From Macrostomum lignano (lineage: Eukaryota), in assembly GCA_002269645.1 (NCBI GenBank), contig NIVC01000369.1, positions 124,001 through 188,000 on the forward strand: 64,000 nucleotides of DNA, read 5' to 3'. Below, one piece after another: positions 63,621 through 64,000 of this stretch. Both the position numbers and the translations under genes were made by a program. Below the pieces are notes generated by a model, which worked only from the letters and a program-made list of their open reading frames with translations, was not told the origin of the DNA and did not search any database. Each line of letters opens with the position of its first letter. Position 1 is the stretch's first letter.

Positions 63621-64000
63621 CTAGCGGTAATAGCACGTTAAGGCGTCTGGACACGTTGGTCGGCGTTACCACGCTAGACTAACCAGCGGTTGACCATTGA
63701 CTTGCGACGGAGCTGGATGAACTAACCGATCGCTCGTTCACGACGATACACCCTGCTAGCGTTCTAATAGCGTCCGCGAGAACCTAGATGAAACCGGTTC
63801 ACACGTCGTAGGCAAACGACACCGATAACACGGCCTAATCGTTAAAACCGCAGTTATCATTGTTCGGAAATCGGTTAGTCTAACTTCGATCTGAAAGATG
63901 ACTATGATGACTCTGATCATCATTGCCGCTTGTAGGTTTCGTTAGAAGTTGTAGCACAAGGGACCGAGCAGATGATCGAACGCCAGAGCAGATAGTAACG

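Overview
Repeat-rich, intron-containing animal genomic DNA, not prokaryotic. The composition and the many private minisatellites are reminiscent of a free-living flatworm such as Macrostomum, but this is inference only. Spliced genes reconstructed by hand from splice-phase-compatible exons: (i) an ankyrin-repeat exon plus an STE/MAP3K-like kinase on the minus strand, with a 698-bp P-superfamily-like foldback MITE inserted in the kinase Gly-rich loop; (ii) a 3-exon TRH-receptor-like GPCR (~390 aa) with a 7.2-kb GC-AG intron; (iii) an orphan helical protein (2 exons seen); (iv) a 159-aa four-TM claudin/PMP22-like gene; (v) a ~640-aa Macro-RING-Deltex C-terminal (DTC) protein; (vi) the 5' part of CIP2A. 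Mobile DNA: a decayed CsRn1-clade Ty3/Gypsy element with its 3' LTR, a second Gypsy integrase fragment, two tRNA-headed CORE-SINEs, hAT-, CMC- and Harbinger-like non-autonomous DNA elements, and two 35-42 bp TIR-only relics that look like P-element excision footprints. About 20 distinct mini/microsatellite arrays fill the introns, and there is one 674-N gap with duplicated flanks. Best leads: the Macro-RING-DTC fusion (PARP9/DTX3L-like logic in one chain) and the P-like element family seen both as an intact insertion and as apparent excision footprints.
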